Source of the DNA: Limnothrix sp. BL-A-16
GTDB lineage: Bacteria; Cyanobacteriota; Cyanobacteriia; CACIAM-69d
NCBI GenBank assembly: GCA_041937175.2
Contig: CP166615.1
Coordinates: forward strand, 2,848,001-2,912,000
Direction: 5' to 3'
DNA length: 64,000 bases
The position numbers and the translations under genes are program-made. The stretch's first letter is position 1, and each line of letters opens with the position of its first letter. Below, piece by piece: positions 60,754 to 64,000 of the stretch. The notes below the pieces were generated by a model. The model made no database searches and was not told the origin of the DNA. It saw only the letters and a list, made by a program, of their open reading frames with translations.

Positions 60754-61920
60754 ATGGCCGCAAAACCCGCTGCTCCCTCCTTTTCCATGGAGGACTTCAT
60801 GGCTGCCCTCGACGAAAAAACCGTCTCTTTTGAGGCGGGGCAACGGGTCAAGGGCAAACCTTTTGAGTACGCCAACGACGGGGTTTATGTAGACATTGGC
60901 GGCAAATCCGCTGCGTTTTTGCCGGTGCGCGAAGCCGCCATGCGCGAACCCTCGGGCGCTGAGGAACTGCAAAACCTGTTGCCGCCCAATGTGGAGCGCG
61001 AGTTCATTGTGCTCAAGGAAGCCAACGCCGATGGTCAGGTGACCATTTCGATTCGACAGATGGTGTTGGATCAGGCCTGGAAGGAGTTGGCCAAGGCCCA
61101 AGAGGAAAAACAGGCGATCGCCGCCCGTGTGAATGGGGTCAACAAAGGCGGCGTGACGGCGGCCGTGATGGGCTTGCGGGGGTTCATTCCCCGATCGCAC
61201 CTGGTGGAACGGGAGGATTTGGACTCGTTGGTGGGCCAAACCTTGACCGTCGTGCCGATCGAGGTGAACCGCAATGCTAAAAAATTGGTGCTCTCGAACC
61301 GGGAAGCGGCCAAGGTGGGCCTGATGGCACGTCTGAAGGTCAACCAACTGATTGAAGGTAAAATCACCGGGATTCGCCCCTTTGGTGTGTTTGTGAGCTT
61401 TGAGGGCAACACCGGGCTGCTGCATGTCAAGCAAATGAGCCAAGCCCATGTGGCCTCGATCGAGGATCTGTTCAGCCAGGGCGAAAGGATCCGCGCCGTG
61501 ATTATGGAAATTGATGAGTGGAAGGGACGGATCGCCCTTTCGACAGCGGTGCTGGAAAATCATCGGGGCGAAATGCTGGAAAACAAGACCACGGTGATGA
61601 CCGAGGCGATCGCCCGTCATGCCCAGCTTTATCCCCACTGGGACGCAGAACCGGAGCCGATCGCGGAGTCCAACCCGGAGCCGACCAAGCAGCCCACTGC
61701 CCCGGAAGCCACAGACTCGATCGCACCGACTGACTCAACCGACTCAACCGAATCGACCGCAGCCCAGGCCAACCCCGAGGCGATCGCCCCGGAAACACCA
61801 GACAACCCGGCAGCACCGGAACCCGCCACCAAGCCAGAACCGGCCCCTGCGCCCAAGGCTCCGATCCGGCTGGTGGACTTGAAACCGAAACCTAGCCGCG
61901 CTCCTGAGTCGGACGCATAG
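60754..61920 (+). CDS. S1 RNA-binding domain protein (ribosomal protein S1 homologue B-like)
   Basis: Three S1 repeats (VDIGGKS.AFLP, NKGG....GLRGFIPRSHL, FGVFV..GLLH); P/E/A-rich tail. Confidence 0.85.
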   Translation: MAAKPAAPSFSMEDFMAALDEKTVSFEAGQRVKGKPFEYANDGVYVDIGGKSAAFLPVREAAMREPSGAEELQNLLPPNVEREFIVLKEANADGQVTISIRQMVLDQAWKELAKAQEEKQAIAARVNGVNKGGVTAAVMGLRGFIPRSHLVEREDLDSLVGQTLTVVPIEVNRNAKKLVLSNREAAKVGLMARLKVNQLIEGKITGIRPFGVFVSFEGNTGLLHVKQMSQAHVASIEDLFSQGERIRAVIMEIDEWKGRIALSTAVLENHRGEMLENKTTVMTEAIARHAQLYPHWDAEPEPIAESNPEPTKQPTAPEATDSIAPTDSTDSTESTAAQANPEAIAPETPDNPAAPEPATKPEPAPAPKAPIRLVDLKPKPSRAPESDA

Positions 61921-61925
61921 CACCT

Positions 61926-62426
61926 ATGATCCCGATCGCCCTGGTCTTGGCCCTTTGCCTAGAGTGGGCGATCGCCCCGGCGGCGATCGCGGGTTTGCCT
62001 CCTAGCCCACTCACCCAAGCCACCCCGCAGCAACCGGCAGAAATCCGGAGCGATCGGCTGGGGTTCAATGGCCTGCGCTTGGGCGACAATCCCCAGCGGG
62101 TGCGCGCTCGGCTCGGCCGGCCCCAACGCACCCAAAACCAGCCCCCTGGCAACTATGGCCGCTACGAATCTTGGTATTACCCCAACCTGATTTTGGGCTT
62201 TGGTGATGGAGCGTTGGCCATGATCACCACGACGCGACCCAACTGGGGAACGGCTGAAGGGGTACGGGTGGGCGATCGCTCCAGCCGCATCCTGGCCATT
62301 TACGGAGAACCCAATTGGCGCGATTCCGATCGCTGGGGCTACCTGACCGATGACGGGGCTTTTTTGACCTTGCGCCTACGGGGCGATCGAGTCGTGGAAA
62401 TCCTCTGCGGTTGGTTACCCGATTGA
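61926..62426 (+). CDS. Exported hypothetical protein
   Basis: Signal peptide; two G.R.GD....V...YG.P half-repeats. Confidence 0.6.
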   Translation: MIPIALVLALCLEWAIAPAAIAGLPPSPLTQATPQQPAEIRSDRLGFNGLRLGDNPQRVRARLGRPQRTQNQPPGNYGRYESWYYPNLILGFGDGALAMITTTRPNWGTAEGVRVGDRSSRILAIYGEPNWRDSDRWGYLTDDGAFLTLRLRGDRVVEILCGWLPD

Positions 62427-62467
62427 GTTGGTTGCCCAATTGAATGATTCAGCACCCATGAGCAACC

Positions 62468-62770
62468 ATGGCTAAAAAGCAAAAATTTCCGCATCTCTTG
62501 GGTTCCAAGTGGACAGCCCGCCAGCGCACCTTTGGCTGGCGACATTTCCAGGTGAACAATCGCAAAAACGAGGGCGATCGGGTCTATGCGGAACTGGTGG
62601 CCTCCTGCGATCCCAACGCGCGGTTTTGGATTGATGCGCGCAATCTCAAAAACCGTGATCTGTGGGCAGCGGGCTGGCAAACCCTCGAAGAAATTGAGAT
62701 TCTGGCAGCGGTCGATCGGGGCGATGACCTGAGCGAAGAGGTGGAAGTGCTGTACCCAGACGCACTGTGA
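62468..62770 (+). CDS. TIGR02450-family tryptophan-rich protein
   Basis: KFP.L.GSKWTA....GWRHF.V, FW.....LK....W..GW. Confidence 0.8.
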   Translation: MAKKQKFPHLLGSKWTARQRTFGWRHFQVNNRKNEGDRVYAELVASCDPNARFWIDARNLKNRDLWAAGWQTLEEIEILAAVDRGDDLSEEVEVLYPDAL

Positions 62771-62809
62771 TGCCCGGCCCCCAGCCGCCACTTGGAAGGG
62801 CCATGGGGC

Positions 62810-62925
62810 TAGGGCCTGTCGTCATCTCCTAGAATCAGTTGATTTTTCCATGCACAACCGTCGTAACAATGCTCAAGCCCCCTCCCACCCGATCGATCAA
62901 CGGGGAAATTGGGGTTGCGAACACA
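62810..62925. mobile_element. Degenerate family A MITE remnant next to the tRNA-Ser 3' end
   Basis: Left TIR TAGGGCCTGTCGTCA, internal GTTGATTTTTCCATGC..CGTCGTAACAA; damaged core; no right TIR. Confidence 0.55.
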
Positions 62926-62936
62926 ATGGAAATCAA

Positions 62937-63021
62937 CGGAGAGGGTGGGATTCGAACCCACGGAACCTTGCGGCTCACTCGATTTCAAGTCGAGCGCATT
63001 CGACCACTCTGCCACCTCTCC
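62937..63021 (-). tRNA. trnS: tRNA-Ser(TGA)
   Basis: GGAGAGG acceptor stem; anticodon arm CTCGA-CTTGAAA-TCGAG; long variable arm; GGTTCGAATCC. Confidence 0.95.
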
Positions 63022-63033
63022 CGGTAAGCCCTG

Positions 63034-63882
63034 TTATTTTACCGCTGTCGGCGCAAAATCGACCCCTGATTCTGAGATTTCCCACCCGGTCAGCGGAATT
63101 TGAAACTGCTGCGGGGCTGCGATCGCGGCCAAATCTGCCCGGAACTGCACCACGGGGCCGATGATGGCGATCGCCGGGGCAGAAAATCCCGTTTCGGTCA
63201 CTCGATCGCACACCGTTTCCAGGGTGGCCACCAATTCCGCCTGTTCAGGACGGGTTCCCCACCGAATCAGCGCCACGGGATCGGTGGGCGATCGCCCCGC
63301 TGAAATCAAAGCGGGCACAATCTGGTTGAGGTTATGCACACCCATATAAATCACAATCGTCTCAGCGCTTTGGGCGATCGCTGACCAGTTCACCTGGGGA
63401 CGATATTTCCCCGCCGACTCGTGCCCCGTCACAAACACCACCGATGAGCTGTAGTCGCGATGGGTTAAGGGAATGCCCGCATAGGCCGGCGCAGCGATGC
63501 CCGCCGTCACGCCCGGCACCACCTCCACCGGCACACCCGATCGCAACAGATCTTGCATTTCCTCGCCCCCTCGGCCAAACACAAAGGGATCGCCCCCTTT
63601 CAGCCGCACCACAATCGCCGCTGTCTGGGCTTTTTCAATCAGTAATTGGGTGGTTTCTGCTTGCAACTTTGAGTGACGGCCCCGGCGTTTTCCCGCGTCA
63701 ATTCGTTCCGCCTGGGGATTAATCATGGCCAGAATCGGGGCACTCACCAACGCATCGTAAACCACCACATCGGCCAATTCGAGCAATGTCTTTCCCTTCA
63801 GGGTCAGCAAGCCCGGATCGCCAGGGCCCGCCCCCACCAAATAAACCTTCCCGATCGGCTGGGGAGTCGCAAAGTCGGTCAT
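63034..63882 (-). CDS. cobA: Uroporphyrinogen-III C-methyltransferase
   Basis: VYLVGAGPGDP.LLT, VRLKGGDPFVFGRGGEE, VPGVTA, IPLTHR, VIYMG. Confidence 0.95.
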   Translation of the reverse strand: MTDFATPQPIGKVYLVGAGPGDPGLLTLKGKTLLELADVVVYDALVSAPILAMINPQAERIDAGKRRGRHSKLQAETTQLLIEKAQTAAIVVRLKGGDPFVFGRGGEEMQDLLRSGVPVEVVPGVTAGIAAPAYAGIPLTHRDYSSSVVFVTGHESAGKYRPQVNWSAIAQSAETIVIYMGVHNLNQIVPALISAGRSPTDPVALIRWGTRPEQAELVATLETVCDRVTETGFSAPAIAIIGPVVQFRADLAAIAAPQQFQIPLTGWEISESGVDFAPTAVK

Positions 63883-63919
63883 GAATGAGAACTACCGAAA
63901 CGTTCGAGAAATGATCTTA

Positions 63920-64000
63920 GAGGATGCCTGAGAAATATTTGGGGGAGCAATTTTTGGGCCATGAACCACCCAAGTTGCCCAATCGTGCCTATTGGGGTTT
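63920..64000. mobile_element. Possible left end of another family B-like element, cut by the window edge
   Basis: TTA followed by GAGGATGCCTGAGAA, resembling the family B left TIR. Confidence 0.35.

Noticed and set aside
1..64000. Very frequent GCGATCGC / CGATCG
   Set aside because: This is the well-known cyanobacterial HIP1 sequence; used only as a marker of native versus foreign DNA

Overview
This 64 kb window is cyanobacterial chromosome: it is saturated with the HIP1 octamer GCGATCGC and carries psbI, nblB and hmpF (GC roughly 55-60% by eye). Most of it is housekeeping: hmpF next to a truncated PatA/PilG-type regulator, ygfZ, ubiC, accC, lnt, rimI-clpC, recQ, nblB, ndbB, devBCA with tetR, folE, GST, dprA, psbI, a DUF3769/LptD-like gene, a dnaJ-like gene, an S1-domain gene, cobA and three tRNAs (Leu-GAG, Arg-CCT, Ser-TGA). 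An accessory, more AT-rich block at about 10.6-26.1 kb holds a TerY-P-like PP2C, an orphan PAS histidine kinase, a GTPase, a 1807-aa kinase-AAA-GAF-HK, a Uma2 remnant and a GCS2-like ligase. The standout is a tight, low-GC, HIP1-free three-gene operon at 23070-26021 (minus strand). It encodes a Trypco1-like small protein, a trypsin-like protease with an intact triad, and a TIR-like + 4xCBS protein, and it has a near-consensus CRP box upstream. I read it as a candidate uncharacterised nucleotide-sensing, protease-based conflict/defence system. The window also has at least three families of short MITE-like elements with different terminal repeats that share one core palindrome (CAAGGGGCTTAAGCCCCTTG). 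No CRISPR array, rRNA, integrase or intact DDE transposase was seen. All family calls come from motif recognition, not database searches.
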